In this document: piece by piece, positions 10,638 through 19,297 of the stretch
Layout: each line of letters opens with the position of its first letter
Numbering within the stretch: position 1 is the stretch's first letter
From: an uncultured Spirochaetia bacterium
Lineage (GTDB): Bacteria; Spirochaetota; Spirochaetia; JABEVK01
Assembly: GCA_937960645.1 (NCBI GenBank)
Contig: CALGPJ010000006.1
Span: forward strand, 146,868 to 210,867
Direction: 5' to 3'
DNA: 64,000 nt
Notes under the pieces: model-generated
The model's database searches: none
What the model saw: the letters and a program-made list of their open reading frames with translations, nothing else
Told to the model about the DNA's origin: nothing
Position numbers and translations under genes: made by a program

Positions 10638-11129
10638 TCATCCTAACCCTAATTTTTTGCATCTGTCAAGACAACTTCTCCAAAGTTCCAGGGCCCTGTG
10701 TGACGCTTGAGCTCGAACACGCTGCCTGGAGCCGACGAAGTGGAACCGTCTGAGTGTGCGGATGGGACCACAGACGGCAATGTAGACGGTGCCGACAGGA
10801 TTGAGGGCAGTTCCCCCTTCCGGCCCGGCAAAACCGGTTAGGCCCAACCCCCAGGTACTGGAAAAAAGTCCGCAAGCGGAGCGAGCCATGAGATAAGCTG
10901 TTTTGGAATTGACAGCATCTTCACCGAGAACATCAGCGGGGATATTCAACAATATTTGTTTGGATGCAAGCCGATAAGCGACCACCGACCCACTAAAAAC
11001 CTTGCTGGCGCCGGGAACCCCTGCGATCAAGGCACTGACGAGCCCGCCAGTGAGGGATTCGGCTAAGGAGACTGTATGCCCTAACTCCTGACATGTGTCC
11101 AGGATATCGGTCAATTCACCAGGTCTCAA
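10638..11129 (-). CDS. CinA C-terminal domain protein (nicotinamide-nucleotide amidase PncC-like)
   Basis: CinA_C signature LAESLTGGL…GASKVFSGSVVAY. Confidence 0.65.
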   Translation of the reverse strand: MRPGELTDILDTCQELGHTVSLAESLTGGLVSALIAGVPGASKVFSGSVVAYRLASKQILLNIPADVLGEDAVNSKTAYLMARSACGLFSSTWGLGLTGFAGPEGGTALNPVGTVYIAVCGPIRTLRRFHFVGSRQRVRAQASHRALELWRSCLDRCKKLGLG

Positions 11130-11529
11130 GGCTTTGTTTTAACTGTTGGTTGGATGCGGAAAGGACGTTGACGCCCGAGGGGTCCTTCAGCATCTCCACC
11201 TTTCCCTCAAAGACCACTCCTTCGGCCATGCGCAATTTACCGGCGCGGATATTGCCGATCACGCAACTGCCTTCCAGCATTTCCAGCTGTTCGGTAGCGA
11301 CAATATTCCCCCTGACTGTTCCACCGATGATGATGGTGCCAATCTTGACATCGGCGTTCACTTCGGCGCCTTTTTCGACATACAAAAAACCTTCGGACTC
11401 GATCTTCCCCTCGTAACGGCCGTTGATTTTCAAACTCTTGCTGAACTTCAAGGTGCCGTTAAAACTCGTTCCTTTTCCAAAAGTTGTATGGACGTCGGAA
11501 ATTTTATAACGTAATCGCCATTCGCTCAA
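11116..11529 (-). CDS. Bactofilin (polymer-forming cytoskeletal protein)
   Basis: Repeated beta-helix-type motifs typical of the bactofilin/DUF583 domain (GKIESEGFLYVEKGAEVNADVKIGTIIIGGTVRGNI…). Confidence 0.7.
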   Translation of the reverse strand: MSEWRLRYKISDVHTTFGKGTSFNGTLKFSKSLKINGRYEGKIESEGFLYVEKGAEVNADVKIGTIIIGGTVRGNIVATEQLEMLEGSCVIGNIRAGKLRMAEGVVFEGKVEMLKDPSGVNVLSASNQQLKQSLETW

Positions 11530-11547
11530 GAAAATCCTTCCTTTTGA

Positions 11548-11769
11548 CTATTTGGTTTTCATCACATAGACCCCATCCCAATTGGTGGGTGGTGGATCGG
11601 TCAAATAATGTTCACAACGCTCGACATAGGTTTGACTCGGGCCATCCTCAGGGTCTACCGCGAGAGCCTCTTTGAAGTACTTGAGGGCAGTCTCAAACTC
11701 TTGAAGCTTGTAGTGCTCGCGGCCCTTGGAAAACAATTCGAGAACTTTTCTCTTTTTCTCGTCAATCAT
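11548..11769 (-). CDS. Small hypothetical protein with a single TPR-like helix pair
   Basis: ORF with internal start MIDEKKR…; the 5' part of the track ORF overlaps the receiver gene, so the shorter start was chosen. Confidence 0.3.
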   Translation of the reverse strand: MIDEKKRKVLELFSKGREHYKLQEFETALKYFKEALAVDPEDGPSQTYVERCEHYLTDPPPTNWDGVYVMKTK

Positions 11770-11776
11770 AAAAACC

Positions 11777-12490
11777 TCAGGATGTTTGGTTCCAACTCTG
11801 GAAATGCTTCTGGAACTTTTCTTCGAGCTCATCCATATCCGATTCATCGTTTGTATCGGGCTGACGCCCTTTCAACTGTTCCACTTCTTCCTCGAGACTG
11901 TTGAGCGCCGAAAGGACTTTTTCTGACTCTTCAATCACATGTTTTTTCAAATTTTCAACAGCGTCCGGAGAGCTTATATCGAGGTTTTTTGCCTCCTGCA
12001 GCAACTTTTCCATGGGATCCTTGAGGTGTTGCGCAAAAAACGTGTAACTCTTGACCATCCCTTCAATGACGTTGAGGCGTCTTTCCCGATTGGCCACCTT
12101 TTTGGAAAGTTCCCTGTTGCGAAGAACCGCCCGGATTCTCGCCAGCACCTCAGAGAAATTGAAGGGCTTGGTGATGTAATCCTCGATACCTAATTCAAAA
12201 CCCTCGATTTTGTCTTTTACAGCATCCATGGCGCTGAACATGATGATGGGAATGTCGGCAAACTGTTCATAGGCCTTGCTCTTCTTGAGGAGGCGTGTAA
12301 ACTCCCACCCCGTCATCTTGGGCATGATGTTATCCAGGATGATGAGGTCAGGCTTTTCCTCCTGAACGAGGTCGAGCGCCTCCTCCCCATCCTCGGCCAT
12401 TTCCACTTGAAATCCCAGGCGCGAGAGCATCACGTCAAAAAAATCGAGATTGATCGGCTCGTCGTCAACGATCAAAATTTTTCGTTTCAT
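11777..12490 (-). CDS. Response-regulator receiver domain protein with a coiled-coil C-terminus and no DNA-binding domain
   Basis: CheY-like residues DD (LIVDDEP), phospho-acceptor D in LIILDNIMP, and K in ITKPF; the start overlaps the lnt2 stop (ATGA). Confidence 0.7.
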   Translation of the reverse strand: MKRKILIVDDEPINLDFFDVMLSRLGFQVEMAEDGEEALDLVQEEKPDLIILDNIMPKMTGWEFTRLLKKSKAYEQFADIPIIMFSAMDAVKDKIEGFELGIEDYITKPFNFSEVLARIRAVLRNRELSKKVANRERRLNVIEGMVKSYTFFAQHLKDPMEKLLQEAKNLDISSPDAVENLKKHVIEESEKVLSALNSLEEEVEQLKGRQPDTNDESDMDELEEKFQKHFQSWNQTS

Positions 12491-14088
12491 GCAGGGCTAT
12501 CCTTCTCATTTATAGTGAACCAGCAACTTCCTTTTGTCAATCTTAGAACGACAAGTATCGACACACCTCCCAGGGATATGACAAGACAGAGTACGGCGAA
12601 CCAATCCCCATGTTGTGTATAGAATGTTAGTGATTTATCTATTGGTATTGGAACATCGGCAATCAAATACCCCTCCATGAGAGGCGGCAATTCGGCGATT
12701 ACCCCGCCGTTGGGATCGAAGGCGGCTGTCCAGCCCCCATTGGTCGCTCGAACCAGGCTCCGGCGATTTTCGATGGCCCGAAACACGGCCATCGAGTAAT
12801 GCTGCCTCATGTTCGCCAGGCTACGTGCCCAGGAGTCGTTCGTGAGGTTGATGAGAGCCACCGCACCCCGGGAAACGAACTCGCGGCTGATATAACCAAA
12901 AGTGTCCTCGAAGCACACGGGCGTACCCACGCGCACTCCCTCGATGTCTAAATTGGTCCATTCCGATCCGGGCTTCCAAAAATGGACATCGTTTGCCAAC
13001 AAAAATTTTTCGAACCAGGGGAAAACATCACCGTAGGGAAAATGCTCCGTAAAAGGAACGAGGTGAACTTTTTTATAAATGCCACGCAATTCGCCCCGAT
13101 GAAAAAGAAGGACGGCATTCGAATCCTCCCTGACGGGGCCATCGGGTCCGGGAACCCGTTCCCCGTGGCCATTGCCCAACACCAGGGGAACGGGAAAACG
13201 AGAGCTAAAATCCAAAAATTCGCTGACGAGCTCCCAGGTCAAGGGATCTGGCCGATAACGCCGATGGTACTCGATGGAGGGGACAAAGGCCGTCTCGCTC
13301 CAAATAACAGCCTGAGGTTTTTCGTTCAAGGCCGCATTGCTCAGCCGTTTCAGGCGCTCGAATCCCTCTCGGTACATCGGCAGACCACCACGCCAGGGAT
13401 CGACGTCGTGTTGAATCAGGGCAACACGCCACCGGGTATTTTCGGTGAAATCTCTTTGAGAAATTATGCCCCATCCGATGTTGACAGCGGCCAGGCTCCC
13501 CAACACCAGTCCCTGCACCAGGGTACGATGCGCCTGGGAATCCAGAAACAAGCGATTCAGCCAAAAAGCGGGAACGACGGTCAAAAAGGAGACGATCCAC
13601 ACCCCAGCCCATTCGGCGGATTGGATCCAGGGCAAAAATTCATACTGGGTATAGCCGAGGATTCCATAGCTGTACCCCAGGTAGCCGTAATGACGAAGGT
13701 ACTCATAGGCCACCCAAACGAAGGCGGCCAGCCAAACCGACCATCCCGATTTCCACCGTAGCACCAGGGAAAGGATGGGAAAGAGGATCATATGGTAGAG
13801 CATGAAAAAAAGAGGAACGATGATCCAGGCCAGAGGGTCAAACACGGCTAGCCAGTGATTGAACAGGGCATAAGACAACCAGCCGAAATAGGCCCCATAA
13901 AAAAGATTCAAGCGTAAGGAAGAACGACTCAAGACCCAGGAAACGGGAAGGAGGATAAAATATGCCAGACCGCCAGCACCCCTGGTAAAAACGGGATTGG
14001 GATGGGCCAGGGTGAAGAGCAAGGCCGCCAGGGTCAGAAAAAGGAGATCGATCCAGAATCGCTTGAAGGTTGTCAATGAAAATTTCAA
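12487..14088 (-). CDS. lnt: Apolipoprotein N-acyltransferase (paralogue 2)
   Basis: Polytopic N-terminus plus CN-hydrolase motifs (AVIWSETAF, VCFEDTFGYISREF, NDSWARS). Confidence 0.7.
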   Translation of the reverse strand: MKFSLTTFKRFWIDLLFLTLAALLFTLAHPNPVFTRGAGGLAYFILLPVSWVLSRSSLRLNLFYGAYFGWLSYALFNHWLAVFDPLAWIIVPLFFMLYHMILFPILSLVLRWKSGWSVWLAAFVWVAYEYLRHYGYLGYSYGILGYTQYEFLPWIQSAEWAGVWIVSFLTVVPAFWLNRLFLDSQAHRTLVQGLVLGSLAAVNIGWGIISQRDFTENTRWRVALIQHDVDPWRGGLPMYREGFERLKRLSNAALNEKPQAVIWSETAFVPSIEYHRRYRPDPLTWELVSEFLDFSSRFPVPLVLGNGHGERVPGPDGPVREDSNAVLLFHRGELRGIYKKVHLVPFTEHFPYGDVFPWFEKFLLANDVHFWKPGSEWTNLDIEGVRVGTPVCFEDTFGYISREFVSRGAVALINLTNDSWARSLANMRQHYSMAVFRAIENRRSLVRATNGGWTAAFDPNGGVIAELPPLMEGYLIADVPIPIDKSLTFYTQHGDWFAVLCLVISLGGVSILVVLRLTKGSCWFTINEKDSPA

Positions 14089-14089
14089 G

Positions 14090-14398
14090 TCAGCTCAGGA
14101 CGGACCAGGCCTGAGCGCGAAGCTCCTTGCCCGGCCGAAAAACCACGACTCCATGGTTGGAAACCTTGACCGGCTCACCGGTTCTGGGGTTACGTGCCCT
14201 GACACGCCCCTTGCGCGTTTTGACAGCAAATGTTCCAAATCCACGCAGCTCCACCACCCTGCCCTCGACCAAGGCCGTCTTGATTTCCTTGAAGAATTCC
14301 CCATAAAGCGAAAAGGCGGTTTCGCTGTCCACACCAGCGACTTCCTGGATTTTACGCAGAAGATCGGCCTTGGTCAGTTTGTTTTTTTTCTCGGGCAC
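14090..14398 (-). CDS. HU/IHF-family DNA-binding protein
   Basis: GFGTFAVKTRKGRVRARNPRTGEPVKV matches the beta-arm motif of the HU/IHF family. Confidence 0.8.
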   Translation of the reverse strand: MPEKKNKLTKADLLRKIQEVAGVDSETAFSLYGEFFKEIKTALVEGRVVELRGFGTFAVKTRKGRVRARNPRTGEPVKVSNHGVVVFRPGKELRAQAWSVLS

Positions 14399-14406
14399 TT
14401 TTACCC

Positions 14407-14679
14407 CTATTTTGTTGTATGGGTTTTCTTGAGCAGATTCGACAACCGGCTCTTTTTTCGGGCGGCGTTGTTGCGGTGCAATATGCCCTTGGCCGTTGCG
14501 GTATCCAACAATTTTTGAACCTGCACGAATTTTTCCTGGGCGGTCACCGTTTCGCCCGCCCCAACGGCCTCCCGGAAGGACCTGATGGCCGTCTTGATCC
14601 GACTCTTGGCCATTCTATTTCGTAAACGTGCCTTGAGATTTGTTTTGATCCGCTTTTTAGCGGATTTGATGTTTGCCAC
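14407..14679 (-). CDS. rpsT: 30S ribosomal protein S20
   Basis: MANIKSAKKRIKT… full-length match to the S20 family. Confidence 0.9.
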   Translation of the reverse strand: MANIKSAKKRIKTNLKARLRNRMAKSRIKTAIRSFREAVGAGETVTAQEKFVQVQKLLDTATAKGILHRNNAARKKSRLSNLLKKTHTTK

Positions 14680-14815
14680 GTCGACTCCTTAAGTTTAGGA
14701 TAGATCGCAATTTATATGTTTTGATCGGTGATGTCAAGACGAGTACATCGAGTTCCTTATCACTGGCAATTCGGCTATCCTCGTTCGGGAGCCTAAGAGA
14801 TGAAATCTTGACTTT

Positions 14816-14958
14816 TAGGACAGGATTTCTCGCTTCGCTCCGTTGAATCGAGTGTTAAGATTTCTCGCTTTGCTCGAAATGACAGGAGCGCTTATTGGGT
14901 TCGAGTGTTAAGATTTCTCGCTTCGCTCGAAATGACAGGGGGCTCGAAATGACAGGGG
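14816..14958. repeat. Degenerate tandem direct repeat of about 53 bp (2 full copies plus 2 partial copies; conserved core gatttctcgcttYgctcgaaatgacagg)
   Basis: Copies at 14849-14889 and 14902-14940, plus partial copies at 14816-14848 and 14941-14958; lies between the rpsT start and the CPBP gene 3' end. Confidence 0.6.
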
Positions 14959-15873
14959 CACTACCCCTAAAAGGATCACCACGGTAAAGAGACTGCCCAG
15001 AACGAAAATGCCTTGCCATTGCCCGAGAGATTCAACGAACTCTGCCAAAGGTGGGGTACTCAGGAGAACCAGGGCCGAGTTGTAGGTGAAATGAAATACC
15101 ATGGACACGGGCAGACTCTGAAAGCGGTCATAGAAAAAGGCAATTAGAAGTCCTACAGGTAGAAGGGCAAACAGCCCCAGAGCGTTCATGTGGATCAGAG
15201 CGAAAAAGACACCGCTGAAGAGGATCGTTTTTTGAGGGCTCCAAACGCGGCGGAGGGTCTGCTGCAGGTAGCCCCGAAACAACATTTCTTCGCAGACAGC
15301 CGGGGTCAGACCGATGGCAAAAAGATACAACACCCATTTTCCGGACTCACCAAAGTCCAGGGCACCGAGAGGGTCAAGTTCTTTCAAAAACTCGAGCTGG
15401 GGAAAAATCCAAAACCAGATTTCTCCCAGGTAAAGGGCCAGGGGCACAACCGACAACGCCGTCAGAGCCGCTACCAGCATCCCCCTGGGTCGGATCTCGA
15501 GGAGTCGGGAATTGATCAACAGGGAACGTTGATGAAGGTAGGTGTATCCCCAGATGCTTCCTCCCAGAAAGATCAACCATTGAAGGAGGGAACTGACCGC
15601 CAAAATCCACGGCCCTTGTTGACGCATGGTCGATCGGAGGCTCTCCAGCCAATCAGAGCCTGCCTGGCCAGGCTGCTCGGAATGAAGCAGGATCTCGATG
15701 GAATAAGGCACCGAGAGCACAACAGCACCGAGAGAGGTGTAGACGCCCAGCAGCACGATCACCCAGGCGATGACGGCAACGACGCGTGGTTTACCCTCGC
15801 GTTCAAAGACCGGAGACGACATCTTCCCCTTCGGAGGTTGGCTTTCCTGTTTCAAGCCTGGCCTTGAGATCAT
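14908..15873 (-). CDS. CPBP-family (CAAX/Abi) intramembrane metalloprotease
   Basis: Motifs EEMLFRGYL and FALIH…; multiple TM helices; the last roughly 15 codons are encoded by the repeat array, so the 3' end is uncertain. Confidence 0.65.
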   Translation of the reverse strand: MISRPGLKQESQPPKGKMSSPVFEREGKPRVVAVIAWVIVLLGVYTSLGAVVLSVPYSIEILLHSEQPGQAGSDWLESLRSTMRQQGPWILAVSSLLQWLIFLGGSIWGYTYLHQRSLLINSRLLEIRPRGMLVAALTALSVVPLALYLGEIWFWIFPQLEFLKELDPLGALDFGESGKWVLYLFAIGLTPAVCEEMLFRGYLQQTLRRVWSPQKTILFSGVFFALIHMNALGLFALLPVGLLIAFFYDRFQSLPVSMVFHFTYNSALVLLSTPPLAEFVESLGQWQGIFVLGSLFTVVILLGVVPLSFRAPCHFERSEKS

Positions 15874-16810
15874 GATAAAATAACATCTCGATGATAGGTG
15901 TGAAGAAGAGACTGGCCAAATAACTCAGGCTACCTAAGACGAGAAGCTGATAAAAAACCTGATGGAAAAACTTCTGGAAAAGCTGCAGGGCCTCGGGACT
16001 TTGAGCATTTCCCAGGGACATCAATTCCTGGGTATAGGGTGCGAAAATAAGGAAGGAGGGCAAAAAAACGATCAAACCCAAAAGGATGCTAAAGACCATG
16101 CCGCTCACGAGCCTCAGCCCCAACAGTCTCCAAAAGTGGGCTTTGACGAGCTGCAAGCTAACCTGAAGAGAATCCCAGGGCTTTTTCCCATCCACAACCG
16201 CCGGCAGGGCGAGGCTGATGAAGTGGCTAATGGCCACAAGTGCGGCTACAAAAATCAGGTAAGCCACAAAGCCCAGGAAAAGAATCAAATTCTGAAGTCC
16301 CAGGGTGAACAGCAGGGCCCCCACGATCATTCCCAAAATCCCCAGGCAGAGACTCAAAGCAAAAAGGGCCAGGGTTAAAATCACACCGCTGAGAATAACA
16401 ACAATCAGGGCCCTAAGAAAAATACTGGGCAATACTGAAATCAGGGTATGGGCGAGGGGCTTGTCTTCTCCCAAACCCAGGTCTTGCATTCGCTTTTGAA
16501 TGGTTAAACTCGAATAAAGAAGACCCAGTTGAGACAACAAAATCGCCAAAACCAACTGTCCGAAGATCCCGAGGAATTCCTTCAAAGCGTCCCAGAGGTA
16601 TTCCAAATCGGCGGATTCGGCTTTTTCCGCCCATCCGACCCAGTCATCGAAGATCACCCGCATCGAATCGACAACCTTCCAGGAAAGGAGGGCGGGTAAA
16701 AGAAAGCCGAGAATGCCCGAGACAATCACCACCGGGGCAAGCCTTTTCGCCCAACCCCACCAATCTTCAGCGTAGTCGGCCAGGCTTCTGGGCCGGGTCA
16801 ATGTGTTCAT
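15803..16810 (-). CDS. Polytopic membrane protein, unknown function
   Basis: At least 7 predicted TM helices; no recognisable catalytic motif. Confidence 0.4.
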   Translation of the reverse strand: MNTLTRPRSLADYAEDWWGWAKRLAPVVIVSGILGFLLPALLSWKVVDSMRVIFDDWVGWAEKAESADLEYLWDALKEFLGIFGQLVLAILLSQLGLLYSSLTIQKRMQDLGLGEDKPLAHTLISVLPSIFLRALIVVILSGVILTLALFALSLCLGILGMIVGALLFTLGLQNLILFLGFVAYLIFVAALVAISHFISLALPAVVDGKKPWDSLQVSLQLVKAHFWRLLGLRLVSGMVFSILLGLIVFLPSFLIFAPYTQELMSLGNAQSPEALQLFQKFFHQVFYQLLVLGSLSYLASLFFTPIIEMLFYHDLKARLETGKPTSEGEDVVSGL

Positions 16811-16831
16811 GATGAACCCCCCAAGCCCAGT

Positions 16832-19288
16832 TTAATGCCTGACCCGAATCAAGACAAGTTCTACCAGTTTTCCGCCTTGTAGCCCCCGGGTGACACCTGA
16901 CGGTTTGGGTCGTTTTGATCGATTTCCCAGCGCAATGGTAAGAGCGATGGACGAGGTGTTTGGCCCCTGGTTTCCCGCCTGATCGGTCTGTCGAGCTATA
17001 ACCGAATAGACACCATCGGTCAGGGTCACCGGTGTGGTGTAAGCGGACCAGCTGAGGCCCCCGTTGATGGTGTACTCGATGGTAGCTCCCGCCTCTCCGC
17101 TGATGCTGAAGGTCTGATAGGAGCCAAAGGTGCCGCTACTAATCCCCGAGACCGTGGGGGCTGCTGGGGCAGTGGTGTCGATGACGATGCTTTTGCTGTT
17201 GAGGCCGCTCGATGCCGGGTTGGGAAGGGTCAGGTCAGCGGCATTGCCGGCCGCGTCGGCAAGGGTTCCTGTCAGGGAAGTCGTTGCCGGATAGTTGAGT
17301 TTGCTGCTGTTATGGCCCGAGGCCACCACGTAGAGAAAGTTCAGGGCGGATGTCCCCGTCCCGCTCATGTAGATCGCCTTGGAACCCCCACCGGCATTGA
17401 GGGCAAGCTCGGGGCTTCCCGTGACAAAGACGGGTTCGGAGAAAACGATCTGGATCAGCACAGACTGGCCCTGGCGGTAATGACCGTCAGAGGTAGAACT
17501 GGAGACGGTGGGGACCGTGGGAGCCGTGGTATCGACCACTAGGTACTTGTTTCCAAGGTAGTTGGGGGTAGGGAGCTGCAACAGCGCGTTGAAGCCCCAG
17601 GCATCCTTGATGGTCCCGCCGTTGAGTTCCAGTGAATTTATGGTGTCGTAGTCCAGACGGATCGAGGTCTGTGAGGCGCCCACGGTGTAGGTGAAGGTCA
17701 GGGCCGAGGTCCCGCTACCCGCGGTGTAGGTGGCATAGGCTGCCGCCCCGCTGTTGAGTTTGATCCGCGGCGTGCCAGTCACCGTGACCGGGCCGGTAAA
17801 GGTGACGACGACGGTGATCTGCTGAGCGGCCTTGTACGAGCCGTCCAGGGTGGTGCTGACCACCGTGCTCACCGAGGGTTGGGTGAGTGCCAACACAACC
17901 TGGATTTCGGTACTCATCGTGCTGAAGTTGCCGGCGGCATCCTGCTGGCGGGCCCGAATCTTGTAGGTCCCGCTGGTGGTGAGGCTGACGGTGGAGGTGT
18001 ACGTGGTCCATGTGGCGCCCCCATCCAGACTGTACTGGGCCGTGGCACCCGTTTCAATGCCAGTGAGGGTGAAGTTTTGGGTGCTATTGTAGTTACCCGG
18101 TGTGATGCCGGAAACCGTGGGGGCAAGCGGCGGCTGTGCGTCGATGACGAGGTTTTTGGCGTGCCCCAGGCTCCCGGCCGTGTTCGGTGCTGCCAGGGTT
18201 AACACGGCGTCGTTGGTGGCGATATCCTGGATACTGCCACCGTTGAGCTCCAGGGCGGATGTCGAATAATAATCGAGGTCGGCGGAAAGATCGTTGGCCT
18301 GCACCGTGTACACGAAGCTCAAAACCGCGGTCGATGTCCCGGACTGATACAGGGCGTGGCGGGTGGTTGGTCCCACGTTTAGCTGGATGCGCGGACTGCC
18401 AGAGACGAGGACAGCCTCTGAAAAGCTGACCTGAACGAGGATCTGATCCCCGGCCCGGTAGTAACCGTCGCTGTTGGTCGAACCCACCGAAACCACAGTG
18501 GGCGCGGCAGTATCCACCTTGATGTCTTTGTTGGCACCCAGGCTCCCCGGCTGTCCGGCCGTTGGGAGGTTGAGCACCGCATCGACGGAAGAGTCGTTTT
18601 GATCCTTGATCGTTCCCCCGTTCAAATCGCTGAGACTGGCAACGGTGTAATCTAGGTCAGCGGTCTGATCGCCGTTCAGTACGGTGTAATGGAAAATCAG
18701 GATGTTGGTTCCCGTTCCCGAGTTGTAAACAGCGTAGCGTCCCGAACCGACGTTGAGGGCGATGCGGGGACTGCCCGTCACCGCGACGGCCTTGTTGAAG
18801 CTCAAACGGATGGGGATTGTCTGCGTTGCCTTGTACCAGCCGTTGGCGGAAAGGGAGGTCACGTCGGTGACGAACACATCGCCGTTGTCGATGACGATGT
18901 GACGCGTGGCATAGTTCGTGTTGCCCGACCCGTCGGTGATGGTGACCAGAAAGTTTTGCGAACCGCTGGAAAGGCTTCCCAGATTAAAGGCCTGGAGGAT
19001 GTCCAGGGACCAGGTCTTACCCGAGATTTGCGCATTCTGGGTAAGGTTGCCCTCGATCCAACGCACCTTGACGATGGGCACCTTGTACGCCTGATTGTCA
19101 TCCCAGGTACCGGCCAATAGCAGGCTGCTGGCGTCCTTGGTTCGAAAGCTCTCGCCGTTGTTGGCAGGCTGGGTGATGGCGATCTCCGGAGGGGTGATGT
19201 CCGGCGCCTCTCCCAGGCCGCCGCTGATAGGGTTTTCACAGGAAACGGTGAACATCATCAAAACCAAAATTCGCGTAAAATGGCGCAT
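16832..19288 (-). CDS. Large surface lipoprotein with tandem Ig-like repeats (818 aa), a paralogue of the upstream gene
   Basis: Lipobox …MMFTVSC; repeated modules of about 100 aa (…TGSPRIxLNxG…YTV…DLDY…LNGGTIKD…) alternating with chitobiase-C-like modules (…YSLDGGATWTTY…). Confidence 0.6.
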   Translation of the reverse strand: MRHFTRILVLMMFTVSCENPISGGLGEAPDITPPEIAITQPANNGESFRTKDASSLLLAGTWDDNQAYKVPIVKVRWIEGNLTQNAQISGKTWSLDILQAFNLGSLSSGSQNFLVTITDGSGNTNYATRHIVIDNGDVFVTDVTSLSANGWYKATQTIPIRLSFNKAVAVTGSPRIALNVGSGRYAVYNSGTGTNILIFHYTVLNGDQTADLDYTVASLSDLNGGTIKDQNDSSVDAVLNLPTAGQPGSLGANKDIKVDTAAPTVVSVGSTNSDGYYRAGDQILVQVSFSEAVLVSGSPRIQLNVGPTTRHALYQSGTSTAVLSFVYTVQANDLSADLDYYSTSALELNGGSIQDIATNDAVLTLAAPNTAGSLGHAKNLVIDAQPPLAPTVSGITPGNYNSTQNFTLTGIETGATAQYSLDGGATWTTYTSTVSLTTSGTYKIRARQQDAAGNFSTMSTEIQVVLALTQPSVSTVVSTTLDGSYKAAQQITVVVTFTGPVTVTGTPRIKLNSGAAAYATYTAGSGTSALTFTYTVGASQTSIRLDYDTINSLELNGGTIKDAWGFNALLQLPTPNYLGNKYLVVDTTAPTVPTVSSSTSDGHYRQGQSVLIQIVFSEPVFVTGSPELALNAGGGSKAIYMSGTGTSALNFLYVVASGHNSSKLNYPATTSLTGTLADAAGNAADLTLPNPASSGLNSKSIVIDTTAPAAPTVSGISSGTFGSYQTFSISGEAGATIEYTINGGLSWSAYTTPVTLTDGVYSVIARQTDQAGNQGPNTSSIALTIALGNRSKRPKPSGVTRGLQGGKLVELVLIRVRH

Positions 19289-19297
19289 CTTCCCCTC

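Noticed and set aside
14816-14958. Possible miniature CRISPR array
   Set aside because: Only about 2.5 degenerate copies; the variable segments are 10-15 nt rather than 30-40-nt unique spacers; no cas genes in the window.
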